DNA from: an uncultured Candidatus Saccharibacteria bacterium
GTDB lineage: Bacteria; Patescibacteriota; Dojkabacteria; J137
Direction: 5' to 3'
Length of the DNA: 64,000 nt
NCBI GenBank assembly: GCA_964437465.1
Contig: CAYTGI010000003.1
Span: 5,731-69,730, forward strand
Shown: one piece after another, positions 1 through 10,088 of the stretch
Layout: the number at the start of each line of letters is the position of its first letter
Position numbering within the stretch: position 1 is the stretch's first letter
Notes under the pieces: model-generated
What the model saw: the letters and a program-made list of their open reading frames with translations, nothing else
Databases searched by the model: none
Told to the model about the DNA's origin: nothing
Program-made: the position numbers and the translations under genes

Positions 1-167
1 AATTCTACTCTTGAATAGCTCTCTTGATATAATATATCTAATTTCATTGAAATATAATAAAAAATAATTAAAATATTATATATTTTTAATATTGAAAGGT
101 AAATTAGATTGCTTAGTGGAAAACTATTCGTGATACAATTATTAGCGTATTTGTTAAATTAAATTGA

Positions 168-3100
168 ATGCTTGGTAAAGTAAAAAAACTATTTGATTCT
201 TCAAACAAAAAACTTAGAGCAACAAGAAATGACTTAACTGCAATAAGAGATTTAGAAGAAGACATAAAAAAAATGTCTGATAAAGACATAAAGAAAAGAA
301 TCTCAGAGATGAAAGATGAGTTAAAAGAACTAGTTAATAAAATTCCAGAAGAACAAAAAAAGTCTCTAACAAAAGTAAATCGAAGAGAAAAATTCCCTGA
401 TAATGAAAAAGAAGTACAGGAAAAGCTTTGGGAGTTTATGCCAGAAGTTTATGCAATGTTAAACGAATCTTTCAGACGAACAGTTGGATTCACCTATCAT
501 GATGTGCAATTACAAGCTGGAATATTATTAGGTAAAGGCCAGCTTCTTGTAGAGCAATATACTGGTGAGGGGAAAACTATGACTTTTATGCTTCCGCTTG
601 CACTTTATGCATTAGCAGGTCGAGGTGCACATCTTGTTACTGTCAATAACTATCTTACAAAAGTAGGTGGTGAGTACGCAGGCTACATGCTATCAAGGCT
701 AGGATTGTCTGTAGGAATTATCTCTCCTGATGGATCATTTAAATTTGTTGAGAATAAAGATCTTGAAAAATATAAATCTAAGGATTCGATTGAAGAGGAG
801 TATGACAGAATATCAATTGATGCAATGGGTGGGAGAAATCTAGTTTCATGTCAGAAAAGAGAAGCTTATTATTGCGATGTAACTTACGCTACAAATAATG
901 AGCTTGGATTCGACTATCTTAGAGATAATATGGCTTGGGATATTGGTAGATTAGCTCAAAGAGAACTGTACTTCTGCATTATTGATGAGGCCGACTCAAT
1001 TCTGATTGATGAGGCTAGAACTCCTTTGATTATTTCTGCAACTCCTGACGAAACTGATACAGAGAAGTACGCTCGTTTCGCAGCTGCTGTAAAAAATTTA
1101 GATGAAGGTGAGGAAAAAGACTACGTTGTTGATTATAAGGCTAGAAGTGTAAATCTAACTGAGTCAGGAATGTCTAAGGTTGAAGAGTTCTTAGAAGTAG
1201 ATAATGCTTGGGCTGACTACTCTACTGCTTACCACATAGAGAATGCACTTAAAGCAAAAGCATTATTCATTAAAGATGATCAATACATGGTTAGAAATGG
1301 AAATGTTTACATTGTAGATGAATTTACAGGACGTGTTCTTGAGGGAAGAAGATATTCAGAAGGTCTTCACCAAGCAATTGAGGCAAAAGAAGGTGTTGAA
1401 ATAAAACAAGAAAGTAAAACTTTCGCTACAATCACTTTCCAAAACTTTTTTAGAATATACAAAGTTCTGGCTGGTGGTTCAGGAACAATTATGACTGAAT
1501 CTGAGGAGTTTTATAAGATTTACGGTTTAGATTCAGTAGTTATACCTACAAATAAACCAAGAATTAGAATTGATTATCCAGATAGGATCTATAAAACAGC
1601 TGAAGCTAAATTTAAAGCAGTTGTTAGTGAAATTATTGAAATGCACGAACAAGGAAGACCAGTTCTTGTCGGTACTACTTCCGTTGAAAAGTCAGAATTA
1701 ATCTCTAAGCTTTTAGACAGAGAAGGTATTCCTCATGAAGTTCTAAATGCAAAATTTCACGAGCAGGAATCTAGAATTGTTGCTGAAGCTGGAAAGAAAG
1801 GTGCTGTAACTGTTGCTACAAACATGGCTGGTAGAGGTACAGATATTGTTATCGGTGGTGGATCTAGAGGTGATGATTCATATAACGAAGTGGCTGAACT
1901 TGGAGGACTACATGTAATTGGTACAGAAAGACATGATTCAAGAAGAATTGATAATCAGCTTAGAGGAAGGACAGGAAGGCAAGGAGAACCAGGAAGCACA
2001 AGATTCTACGTCTCGCTTGATGATCAGATTATGAGAGTTCTTGGTGGAGAATTCTTATCTAAACTTTTAAATATGGTTAGAGTTCCAGACGACATGCCTA
2101 TTGAGATGCAGATGATCGCAAATCAAATTGAAACTGCACAAAAAAGAGTTGAGGGAGTTAATTTTGACTCAAGAAAGCGTATTGTTGAATACGACGATGT
2201 TATGAATCAACATAGAGAGATTTTCTATACTAAGAGAAACAATGTTCTATTTACAACAGACCATGCTTTAGGTAAATTCATAGAAGCTGATAGAGCAATT
2301 GATATTAATCTTCCAGAACATGAAGATAAAAAAGCAAAATATCAAGATGAAGCTGATGACAATAAGGAAAGAGCTGAAGAAATGATTGAACACTTAGTTT
2401 TAAGTACTATTGAAAATCAGATTTTTTCTACAATTCCTGAAGGAACTAAAATAAAAGAAGAAACTGCTGAGAGGGTAATTGAAAGGATCACTAAAACTAT
2501 ACCAGCTCCTCTACTTCAAAGATCTATGGGAGTAGCTAGCTCATCCTTAGCAAAAGAGTATTTAAAGAAAATAGAAAAAGGTGAAGATCCTCAAGAAATA
2601 TTGATAGAAGCCTCTAAAAAATCATTTGAAGATAAAGTTAAAGAACTTGAAACTGATTACTACACGGTAATAAAAATGCTAAATCTTGAAACATTAGATA
2701 AAGCTTGGGTTGATCATTTAGAAATAATGAAAGATGTTAGAGATAGTATCTCTCTATCTGGCTATGCGCAGAGGAACCCATTAGTTGAATATAAAAATAT
2801 AGCATTTCAAATTTTTGAATCATTTATCACTAAAGTAGATTTAGAAGTGTCATCTAAATTCTTCAAAGTAACTAAAGTGCGAAGGGTTAGCCAACCTCAA
2901 AATATTCAAACTAATGATGATGAGGTTAGTGATGTTTTGACTGGGGACAGAGAGATGCTACCTGGTCCTGGTGATGCAGTTAGATCAAAAGATGTGATTT
3001 CAGATATTGATAATGCTGTGAAAAAACGAAATCAAAGAATGCGAACAAACTCTTCAGAACAAGGTTCAAGAACAGTTGTCTCAGAAAAAAAGTATGGAAG

Positions 3101-3209
3101 AAATGATCGTGTTACAGTTGAATACACTGATGGTAGAAAACATGAGGATGTTAAATATAAAAAAGTCCAAGCTGATGTTGAGGCAGGGAATGCTAGGGTG
3201 ATTAGCTAA
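168..3209 (+). CDS. secA: Preprotein translocase ATPase SecA (divergent; insertion in preprotein-binding region, no C-terminal Zn-finger)
   Basis: SecA DEAD-motor motifs are present (TGEGKTMTFMLPLAL, IIDEADSILIDEARTPLII, TNMAGRGTDI). Length is 1013 aa. The C-terminus lacks the CxCx8CH zinc-binding tail. Confidence 0.93.
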   Translation: MLGKVKKLFDSSNKKLRATRNDLTAIRDLEEDIKKMSDKDIKKRISEMKDELKELVNKIPEEQKKSLTKVNRREKFPDNEKEVQEKLWEFMPEVYAMLNESFRRTVGFTYHDVQLQAGILLGKGQLLVEQYTGEGKTMTFMLPLALYALAGRGAHLVTVNNYLTKVGGEYAGYMLSRLGLSVGIISPDGSFKFVENKDLEKYKSKDSIEEEYDRISIDAMGGRNLVSCQKREAYYCDVTYATNNELGFDYLRDNMAWDIGRLAQRELYFCIIDEADSILIDEARTPLIISATPDETDTEKYARFAAAVKNLDEGEEKDYVVDYKARSVNLTESGMSKVEEFLEVDNAWADYSTAYHIENALKAKALFIKDDQYMVRNGNVYIVDEFTGRVLEGRRYSEGLHQAIEAKEGVEIKQESKTFATITFQNFFRIYKVLAGGSGTIMTESEEFYKIYGLDSVVIPTNKPRIRIDYPDRIYKTAEAKFKAVVSEIIEMHEQGRPVLVGTTSVEKSELISKLLDREGIPHEVLNAKFHEQESRIVAEAGKKGAVTVATNMAGRGTDIVIGGGSRGDDSYNEVAELGGLHVIGTERHDSRRIDNQLRGRTGRQGEPGSTRFYVSLDDQIMRVLGGEFLSKLLNMVRVPDDMPIEMQMIANQIETAQKRVEGVNFDSRKRIVEYDDVMNQHREIFYTKRNNVLFTTDHALGKFIEADRAIDINLPEHEDKKAKYQDEADDNKERAEEMIEHLVLSTIENQIFSTIPEGTKIKEETAERVIERITKTIPAPLLQRSMGVASSSLAKEYLKKIEKGEDPQEILIEASKKSFEDKVKELETDYYTVIKMLNLETLDKAWVDHLEIMKDVRDSISLSGYAQRNPLVEYKNIAFQIFESFITKVDLEVSSKFFKVTKVRRVSQPQNIQTNDDEVSDVLTGDREMLPGPGDAVRSKDVISDIDNAVKKRNQRMRTNSSEQGSRTVVSEKKYGRNDRVTVEYTDGRKHEDVKYKKVQADVEAGNARVIS

Positions 3210-3229
3210 AAGTTAAAAATTTAGACGAT

Positions 3230-3748
3230 TTGAAAAACTATTTCCAAGCCAATCCAGACAAACCATTTCACCTCTCAATAGGCGCTGTAGTAATGAACGA
3301 AGATTATTCTAAAGTTCTTTTTCATCACATTCCTAAGTTTCAAGATTATGAAGACATTTATTTACTTATGAGAGAAAGTATGGAAACTGAAGAAAAATTT
3401 GAAGATACACTTACTAGAGGTGTTAAAGAGGAATTTGGTGCAGAAGTAGAGATTATTGATTTCCTAGGATCACTTGTTGCGATTGATAATTGGTTCGGGG
3501 AGATTAATAAAGAAACAGAAGTTCAAAAAACAACACTATATTTTCTTACTAAATTTAAGTCTCAAGATAAGAATCAAAGAGTAGATGAAGGAACAATTGA
3601 ATCGAAGTCTACTCTAGTTTGGTTAAGCATTGAAGAGGCTATAGAAAAAATGCGTAATTTCTTTTCAAAATATAAGATTAATAATCTGAATGAAGTGGAT
3701 GTACTCAATAGAGCTAGAGAATACATAGATATCCACATGCTCACATAG
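3230..3748 (+). CDS. NUDIX-family hydrolase
   Basis: Nudix-box-like segment RESMETEEKFEDTLTRGVKEEFGAEV, read against the REx2EExG signature. Size (172 aa) is typical. Confidence 0.5.
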   Translation: MKNYFQANPDKPFHLSIGAVVMNEDYSKVLFHHIPKFQDYEDIYLLMRESMETEEKFEDTLTRGVKEEFGAEVEIIDFLGSLVAIDNWFGEINKETEVQKTTLYFLTKFKSQDKNQRVDEGTIESKSTLVWLSIEEAIEKMRNFFSKYKINNLNEVDVLNRAREYIDIHMLT

Positions 3749-3771
3749 AGAATAATCTATTTATAATCCCC

Positions 3772-4044
3772 TTGCAAAAAAGGTCAAAGAATCATAGATT
3801 GTATACACAATTATTATTTTCAAACATGCCAAACTCATTTAAGACTTATTTCTGGGACATTGACTCAGAAAAGCTTAATCTCGAAGAAGATTACATTTAT
3901 ATTATTTCAAGATTATTAGAACTGGGTAAGTTCGAATCTGTACAATGGATATTCAACCATTACTCTAAACTAGATATACAAGATGCACTATATAATGGAA
4001 ATGTTTCAGAACAGACAAAAGAATTTGTTAAAGCTTTAATATAA
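3772..4044 (+). CDS. Hypothetical small protein, possible cognate partner (antitoxin-like) of the downstream nucleotidyltransferase
   Basis: 90-aa ORF ending 4 bp before the AbiEii-like gene on the same strand. No motif recognised. Confidence 0.35.
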   Translation: MQKRSKNHRLYTQLLFSNMPNSFKTYFWDIDSEKLNLEEDYIYIISRLLELGKFESVQWIFNHYSKLDIQDALYNGNVSEQTKEFVKALI

Positions 4045-4047
4045 ATA

Positions 4048-4677
4048 ATGTTATATAAAGAGGTTTTGCCAAAAAGATCATATGATCTCTTAGAGGAGAT
4101 TATGTTAAATCAGGATTTTGATGACTTTTATCTAGCTGGCGGGACAGCTTTAGCACTTCAACTTGGACATAGAATATCAATTGACTTAGACTTTTTTACA
4201 CAAAGTCAGTTCCCGATCTCACTTCTAAATGCATTTCCAGATAACTATACAACCAACTACGCAAGAAGAAATTCTATTCAAGTTATTTCGAGAGAAACTA
4301 AAGTTGAATTTATTTACTGGGCATTTCCGATTACAAAAGAAAAAAAAGTAGTTCAAGGTTTGAGACTTCTCGATCCAATTGACATTGGCTTGATGAAGCT
4401 TTTAGCGATACAGGGAAGAACGACTAAAAAGGATATTGTCGATTTGTATATTATTGATAAAGAAGTAATAAAATTAGAGGAATTAATTAAGCTATTCCAA
4501 GAACACTATCCAAAAGAAAGTTTTAATCTCTATCAAAGTTTCAAAGATATTTTCAATACAAAAAAAATTCATAGTGACCCTATGCCTAACATGAACACAG
4601 AATGTAACTTTAATGAGATTTTTGAGATGATGAAAGAGTTAGTAATTGGGGTTGTTAAGAAAGATTTTTTAAGTTGA
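4048..4677 (+). CDS. AbiEii/AbiGii-like nucleotidyltransferase (type IV toxin-antitoxin toxin family)
   Basis: N-terminal motif FYLAGGTALALQLGHRISIDLDFF is characteristic of the AbiEii nucleotidyltransferase fold. Tightly coupled to the upstream small ORF. Confidence 0.55.
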   Translation: MLYKEVLPKRSYDLLEEIMLNQDFDDFYLAGGTALALQLGHRISIDLDFFTQSQFPISLLNAFPDNYTTNYARRNSIQVISRETKVEFIYWAFPITKEKKVVQGLRLLDPIDIGLMKLLAIQGRTTKKDIVDLYIIDKEVIKLEELIKLFQEHYPKESFNLYQSFKDIFNTKKIHSDPMPNMNTECNFNEIFEMMKELVIGVVKKDFLS

Positions 4678-4727
4678 TGAATTTGAATTTAATAAATGTT
4701 AATTTGAATTAAGGTTATAAATAAAAA

Positions 4728-5075
4728 ATGATTTTAAGTTCAGTACCATCAGATACAAATAATGAGCCTCAGAATCAAAACAACGGTTCAGACGATACTA
4801 CTCCACCTCACTATCCAGACTCACAAACAACAGATAGAATAAAGAATCTTGCCTATGTTGGAACAGCACTAAATGAAACTGCGAGCGATACAACTTTTAT
4901 GACAAATTTTTATGTTGCGAAAGAATCTCTACTAAGATTTAAAGAGGGAATAGATAGGTTAAATTTAGATAGTGCATCCAAGAAAGGTATGTATGACTTA
5001 ATAGAATATCTGGATCAGAAGATTGACAAAAGAATTAAGTATGCGAACACAACTGGTGAAAAACCAATGACTTAA
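4728..5075 (+). CDS. Hypothetical protein
   Basis: 115-aa ORF with a low-complexity N-terminus. No recognised motif. Confidence 0.3.
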   Translation: MILSSVPSDTNNEPQNQNNGSDDTTPPHYPDSQTTDRIKNLAYVGTALNETASDTTFMTNFYVAKESLLRFKEGIDRLNLDSASKKGMYDLIEYLDQKIDKRIKYANTTGEKPMT

Positions 5076-5214
5076 GTCTATATCTGTGATATAATGTAAC
5101 TGCTCCCATTCCCTGGTTAGGGAATATTAAGGAGCAATGACTGCTCCGAAGTCATCACTTAAACTAAAGAATAAGTATTTGGATTGTGGTCGTGTTTAAT
5201 TTTTATAAAAATAA

Positions 5215-6537
5215 ATGAAAGATAATAAACAAAGATTCTCTAAGAGAGGGTCCAACAAAGATAGAAGAAATTTTAAAAATAAGAAAGGATCAGGAGGAGG
5301 ATATCAAAAAAATCCAAGATTCAACAATAATAGAAATAACAAAAGTAGAGGAAATAGGGGTTCTAGAGGTGATCGTATAAATATACCTTTAGAAAAGTTG
5401 TTTAATAAAAGACAAGAAGGTGAGGTAGAAGCAGAGTTTAAGCCAATGTTTAGGATTGAAGACTTACCTATAGATGATAGATTAAAGCAAAATGTCATAA
5501 GCAAAGGTTTTAAAAATCTTACGCCAATTCAAGATCAAGCTATTCCAGCTTCTGTAATAGGCCAAGATGTTGTTGGTATTGCTGATACTGGTAGTGGAAA
5601 AACAGCTGCATTTCTAATTCCTGCTATTAATAAAACTATTCAAGATCCTAAAAAAAATGTACTAATCATTACTCCAACAAGAGAGTTAGCTCTTCAAATT
5701 AATAAGGAATTTAGAGATCTTGCTAAAGGATTAAATATATTTTCTGCAGTATGTATTGGTGGAACAAATATGAAAAACCAAGTTTTTTTCTTAAGAAAGA
5801 AACATAATTTTGTTATAGGAACCCCGGGTAGAATACTAGATTTGGTAAGAACAAAAAACTTAAAGCTAAACAATACACACACATTAATTTTAGATGAAGT
5901 AGATAGAATGTTAGATATGGGGTTTATTGATGATGTAAAAGAGATTATTAATAATGTACCCTCATATAGACAAACATTATTCTACTCAGCAACGAATTCT
6001 AAACCAGTCTACAACTTAATGAGGAAGTTCTTAGCAGTAGATCATGCAACCTTCTCTGTTAAAAAAAGAGATACTAGTAAAAATGTTGATCAAGACATTA
6101 TAGAGGTAACTATCAATGATTCAAAAGAAGAAGTACTATTATCAATCTTGAACCAAGATAATGTAGAAAAGACAATTGTATTTGTTAGAACAAAAAGATT
6201 CGCAGAAAAATTAACTAGCTATCTTCAAAAAAATAAAATGAAGGTTGTATCACTTCATGGTGATAAATCTCAGAATCAACGAAAAAGAAGCTTAGAACTT
6301 TTCAAACAGGACAAAGTTGATATTCTCGTAGCTACCGATGTTGCAGCTAGAGGTCTAGATATTCCAGATGTTAGTCACGTTATCAACTATGATCTTCCTG
6401 AGAATTATGAGGATTATATTCATAGGGTTGGAAGAACAGGAAGAGCTGACAATGTAGGATCTGCACTAAATTTTGTCGATCATAAAAAATTAACAAATAG
6501 AGAAAGAGAAGAACTTTCAAAGATTAAAAGCTCATAG
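5215..6537 (+). CDS. DEAD-box ATP-dependent RNA helicase with R/G/N-rich N-terminal tail
   Basis: Q-motif and Walker A (DTGSGKTAAFLIPAI), DEVD box (DEVDRML), SAT, and HRVGRTGRA motifs. N-terminus is rich in RGG/NNRNN. Confidence 0.9.
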   Translation: MKDNKQRFSKRGSNKDRRNFKNKKGSGGGYQKNPRFNNNRNNKSRGNRGSRGDRINIPLEKLFNKRQEGEVEAEFKPMFRIEDLPIDDRLKQNVISKGFKNLTPIQDQAIPASVIGQDVVGIADTGSGKTAAFLIPAINKTIQDPKKNVLIITPTRELALQINKEFRDLAKGLNIFSAVCIGGTNMKNQVFFLRKKHNFVIGTPGRILDLVRTKNLKLNNTHTLILDEVDRMLDMGFIDDVKEIINNVPSYRQTLFYSATNSKPVYNLMRKFLAVDHATFSVKKRDTSKNVDQDIIEVTINDSKEEVLLSILNQDNVEKTIVFVRTKRFAEKLTSYLQKNKMKVVSLHGDKSQNQRKRSLELFKQDKVDILVATDVAARGLDIPDVSHVINYDLPENYEDYIHRVGRTGRADNVGSALNFVDHKKLTNREREELSKIKSS

Positions 6538-6590
6538 ATGCTAGTCATCAGTCCTGAAATTGTGTAAAGTTATTCATAGCTATTGAAATT

Positions 6591-8438
6591 ATGCTTGAAG
6601 GACTTTATAGACTATTAATTGGTCAAAAATACAAGGATTATGAAGAGGATAGATTAATATCTCTTTTTTTTACCAACATTTTTTCGATTCTTGGATTCTT
6701 AATCATATTAGCCTATGGTATTGTTAACCTGTACTTTGGGTTTTTCCTGCCTGCTTTTATGGAGATAGCTTCTTCATTTATTTTATTACTAGTCTTTATA
6801 TATACAAGAAAATCAGGGGATCCTACTAGCTTCAATTATGTAAAAATTGCACTAATTGTTGGTCTGTATGTATATGTATTTTTAACTGGAGGTTCTCAAG
6901 GGACCGGTTTTCTTTGGGTATACACTTTTCCAGTAGCTATTTTCGCAATAACATCTAGTTCTGTAGCAATAGCAGTAACATTATTTTTTTACTCATTTTT
7001 AATCATATTTCAAGTATTAAATTTAATAGGTATTTATTCTTTACCTTACACAGCTGAGGATGTAAATACATTTCTTTTTAGTATTGTTGTTGTTACAGCT
7101 GTTGTGTATTTGCTTAGAGTAAATTTGGAAAAAAGTAACAAAACTATAACGGAGCAAAGAGTAGAGCTTCAAAGGCTAAATCAAAGATACACATCTGAAT
7201 TAGAAAAGAAAAGTATTTTAGAAAAAGATTTTACATTAACAATAAAGAAGTTTAAAGATCAAAATAGTCAACTTGAAAATACAAAGGTGGCAATGATTAA
7301 CCTCCTTGAAGATATCAATGAGGAGAAGAATAGATCTCAAGAGCAAACAGATAGATTAAAGCAGTTTGAAGAAGCAGTGGAAAATGCTAATGATCATATA
7401 GTGTTTACTTCAACAGACGGGGAAATAATCTATGCTAATAAAGCTGTCGAAGAGACCACTGGATTTGAGAAAGAAGAGATTATTGGCAAAACTCCTCGAA
7501 TTTGGGGTGGGCAAATGTCGAAAGAGTTCTATGATGAGTTCTGGCGGACAATAAAGTATGATAAAAAAATATTTAAAGGTGAGGTAATAAATAGAAAGAA
7601 AAATGGAGAACTATATACAGCAAGTATTCAATCTATACCAATTTTAGGAGACTCTGGAGAAATAAAGTTTTTTGTTGGAATAGAAAGAGATATTACTGAG
7701 GATAAAGAAATTGAAAAACTAAAGTCTGAGTTTGTTTCTATAGCTTCACATCAATTAAGAACCCCAGCAACAGGTGTAAAATGGTTTACTGAAATATTAC
7801 TAGATGATAAAGCAGGAGAGCTTAACGATCAACAACGAGAATATATGAAAGAGGTATATCACAGTAATGAAAGAATGCTTAAGTTAATTAATGATCTCTT
7901 AAACGTATCTCGAATAGAAACTGGAAAGAAGTTTACGATAGAAATTAAAACTGTTGATGCAGCAGATATAATAAATCAAGAGATTAAAAATATGAAAATT
8001 ATAGCCGAAAAGAAGAATATAACCATCTTAAAAGATGAAAGTATTCCTAAAAAATTAGAGATAGACTTAGATCCAGATAAATTTTCTCAAGTTATAAAAA
8101 ATCTTATTGATAATGGAATAAAGTACTCACCAGAAAAAACAAAAGTAACTGTGGGGCTTCGTGAGGAGGAAGATAATGCTGTTTTCTGGGTTAAAGATGA
8201 AGGAATTGGAATTCCTGTCGCTCAGCAAGATAGAATATTTGAGAAATTCTTTAGGGCAGATAATGTCCTTAAAGCTGACACTGATGGAACAGGTTTAGGA
8301 CTATATATTGTAAAGGCTATTGTAGAAGGACATCAAGGTAGTGTTAGTTTTGAAACGGAAGAAGGTAAAGGTACAACATTTTTCATTAGTTTTCCAAAAG
8401 AACAACACAGTAAAGATAAGAGAACTATAAGAGTTTAA
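6591..8438 (+). CDS. Membrane sensor histidine kinase with PAS domain
   Basis: About 5 N-terminal transmembrane segments and a coiled coil. PAS-like segment (VFTSTDGEIIYANKAVEETTGF). H-box (SHQLRTP). HATPase N/G boxes (NLIDNGIKYS, GTGLGL). Confidence 0.85.
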   Translation: MLEGLYRLLIGQKYKDYEEDRLISLFFTNIFSILGFLIILAYGIVNLYFGFFLPAFMEIASSFILLLVFIYTRKSGDPTSFNYVKIALIVGLYVYVFLTGGSQGTGFLWVYTFPVAIFAITSSSVAIAVTLFFYSFLIIFQVLNLIGIYSLPYTAEDVNTFLFSIVVVTAVVYLLRVNLEKSNKTITEQRVELQRLNQRYTSELEKKSILEKDFTLTIKKFKDQNSQLENTKVAMINLLEDINEEKNRSQEQTDRLKQFEEAVENANDHIVFTSTDGEIIYANKAVEETTGFEKEEIIGKTPRIWGGQMSKEFYDEFWRTIKYDKKIFKGEVINRKKNGELYTASIQSIPILGDSGEIKFFVGIERDITEDKEIEKLKSEFVSIASHQLRTPATGVKWFTEILLDDKAGELNDQQREYMKEVYHSNERMLKLINDLLNVSRIETGKKFTIEIKTVDAADIINQEIKNMKIIAEKKNITILKDESIPKKLEIDLDPDKFSQVIKNLIDNGIKYSPEKTKVTVGLREEEDNAVFWVKDEGIGIPVAQQDRIFEKFFRADNVLKADTDGTGLGLYIVKAIVEGHQGSVSFETEEGKGTTFFISFPKEQHSKDKRTIRV

Positions 8439-9634
8439 TTTAGATTTATTCTGTAAATTTTATCATCACCTTCTCTTACTTCTCCTCTTCCGTCTCTATT
8501 TGAAGTTGTGAAATAAACATTATTATCTGGACCTTGTTTTAACTCACGTATTCTTCCATACTCGTTATTGGCAATACTACCTATTTGAGTAACCTCATCT
8601 CCTTTTATCTTAAGCACAATTATCCCCTCTCCCCTTAATGCAGCAACTAATAAAATATTATCCCAGTCGGTATTAGTACCTTCAATAAACAGTATACTTC
8701 CAGGTGCAATTGCAGGAGTGTATTGAATGATAGGTGTAAACATATTATTACTTGTCTCCTCTCCTCTAATTATGGGCCAACCATAATTCTGACCTCTTCG
8801 AATTAAGTTTATTTCATCTTGCCCTGTTCCTCCATCAAAACCAGATGGGCCATGTTCAGATTGATACATTTCTTTAGTTTCTGGATGCCAATCCATACCT
8901 TGAGCATTTCTATGTCCTAATGACCATATTTCACCTCTAGCTTCAGGATTGTTTAAAAATGGATTATCATCCGGTATAGAACCATCTTTATTTATTCTTA
9001 ACGTTTTTCCAGCTAATGATGAAAGATCTTGAGCCAATTCTTTCTGCGCAACATCTCCTGTTGTAATATATAGCTTACCATCAGGACCAAATCCTAGCTC
9101 ACCTCCTGAATGAACTCTTCCTGAAGGGATATCCTCAATGAGTGAGTCAACTTTACTTAGTGTTTCATTTTGATATAAGTATTTGTCAACTCTTAACAAT
9201 ACCTCAGAATTTGATGAATTATATGTATGGTAAATATAAATGAATGAATTTTGACTAAATTCAGGATCTTTTTTCATATCCATTAATCCTGCCTCACCTA
9301 TTGATACTATTTCATTGGATAAATCTAAAATAGGCTCATCTAGTACTACCCCATCTTTTATAATTTTAATTTGTCCGGTTCTTTCAGTAACTAAGGTAGT
9401 CTCTTCATCAATAAAAACTATTGACCAAGGAATCTCTAGATCTGAAGCATAAAGATCAACCTGTATTAAGTCTAAATTTACTAAATCATTATTTTCTGAA
9501 TTTAGCGATCTATTAGTACTAGCAAAAGGGGGTAAAATATCGAATTGGAAAAGTAAAAATAATATTACAAATAATGCAGTTGAAAGCAAACCAACTGTTA
9601 TAGAGAGAAATAAAGTAACTCTTCTATAGTTCAT
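8435..9634 (-). CDS. PQQ-dependent sugar (glucose/sorbosone) dehydrogenase family beta-propeller protein
   Basis: N-terminal transmembrane/signal segment. Motifs HSGGELGFGPDGKLYITTGD and GHRNAQG are typical of the soluble quinoprotein dehydrogenase family. Confidence 0.6.
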   Translation of the reverse strand: MNYRRVTLFLSITVGLLSTALFVILFLLFQFDILPPFASTNRSLNSENNDLVNLDLIQVDLYASDLEIPWSIVFIDEETTLVTERTGQIKIIKDGVVLDEPILDLSNEIVSIGEAGLMDMKKDPEFSQNSFIYIYHTYNSSNSEVLLRVDKYLYQNETLSKVDSLIEDIPSGRVHSGGELGFGPDGKLYITTGDVAQKELAQDLSSLAGKTLRINKDGSIPDDNPFLNNPEARGEIWSLGHRNAQGMDWHPETKEMYQSEHGPSGFDGGTGQDEINLIRRGQNYGWPIIRGEETSNNMFTPIIQYTPAIAPGSILFIEGTNTDWDNILLVAALRGEGIIVLKIKGDEVTQIGSIANNEYGRIRELKQGPDNNVYFTTSNRDGRGEVREGDDKIYRINLN

Positions 9635-10038
9635 TTTATTTCCTCGAAATTAAGTGCTAAGGAATTAATACAATATCTTTTTCCGGTTTTTTCAGCTGGA
9701 CCATCATTAAAAACATGTCCAAGGTGAGAACCGCAATTGGAGCAAATCACTTCATCTCTTATCATTCCGTGTGATCTATCTTCTTTTACATCAATTTTAT
9801 TTGAACTAATAGCATCATAGAAACTAGGCCAACCTGATCCTGATTCAAATTTAGTATGTGAGGAGAATAAGGGTTCAGCACAAACAATGCATTTGTATAT
9901 ACCAGTTTTTTTGTTACCTAGAAGATGTCCTGAAAAGGGAGCTTCTGTACCTCCTAATACACATACCTCGTATTGTTCTTTTGATAACTTTTCTTTTAAT
10001 TCTTGTTTTTTCTCTTCATCCATACTTAATGTTATCAA
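9631..10038 (-). CDS. msrB: Peptide-methionine (R)-S-oxide reductase MsrB
   Basis: Two CxxC pairs and the catalytic segment RSHGMIRDEVICSNCGSHLGHVFNDGP. Confidence 0.85.
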   Translation of the reverse strand: MITLSMDEEKKQELKEKLSKEQYEVCVLGGTEAPFSGHLLGNKKTGIYKCIVCAEPLFSSHTKFESGSGWPSFYDAISSNKIDVKEDRSHGMIRDEVICSNCGSHLGHVFNDGPAEKTGKRYCINSLALNFEEIK

Positions 10039-10088
10039 AATTTGAGGTAGATTAAATAAGTTTTATGCCTAATAAATTTATATTAAAA

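Noticed and set aside
5304-5882. Minus-strand ORFs 5304-5504 and 5694-5882 inside the DEAD-box helicase gene
   Set aside because: They are antisense to a gene with all helicase motifs. Their leucine/phenylalanine-rich junk composition is typical of antisense frames in AT-rich DNA.
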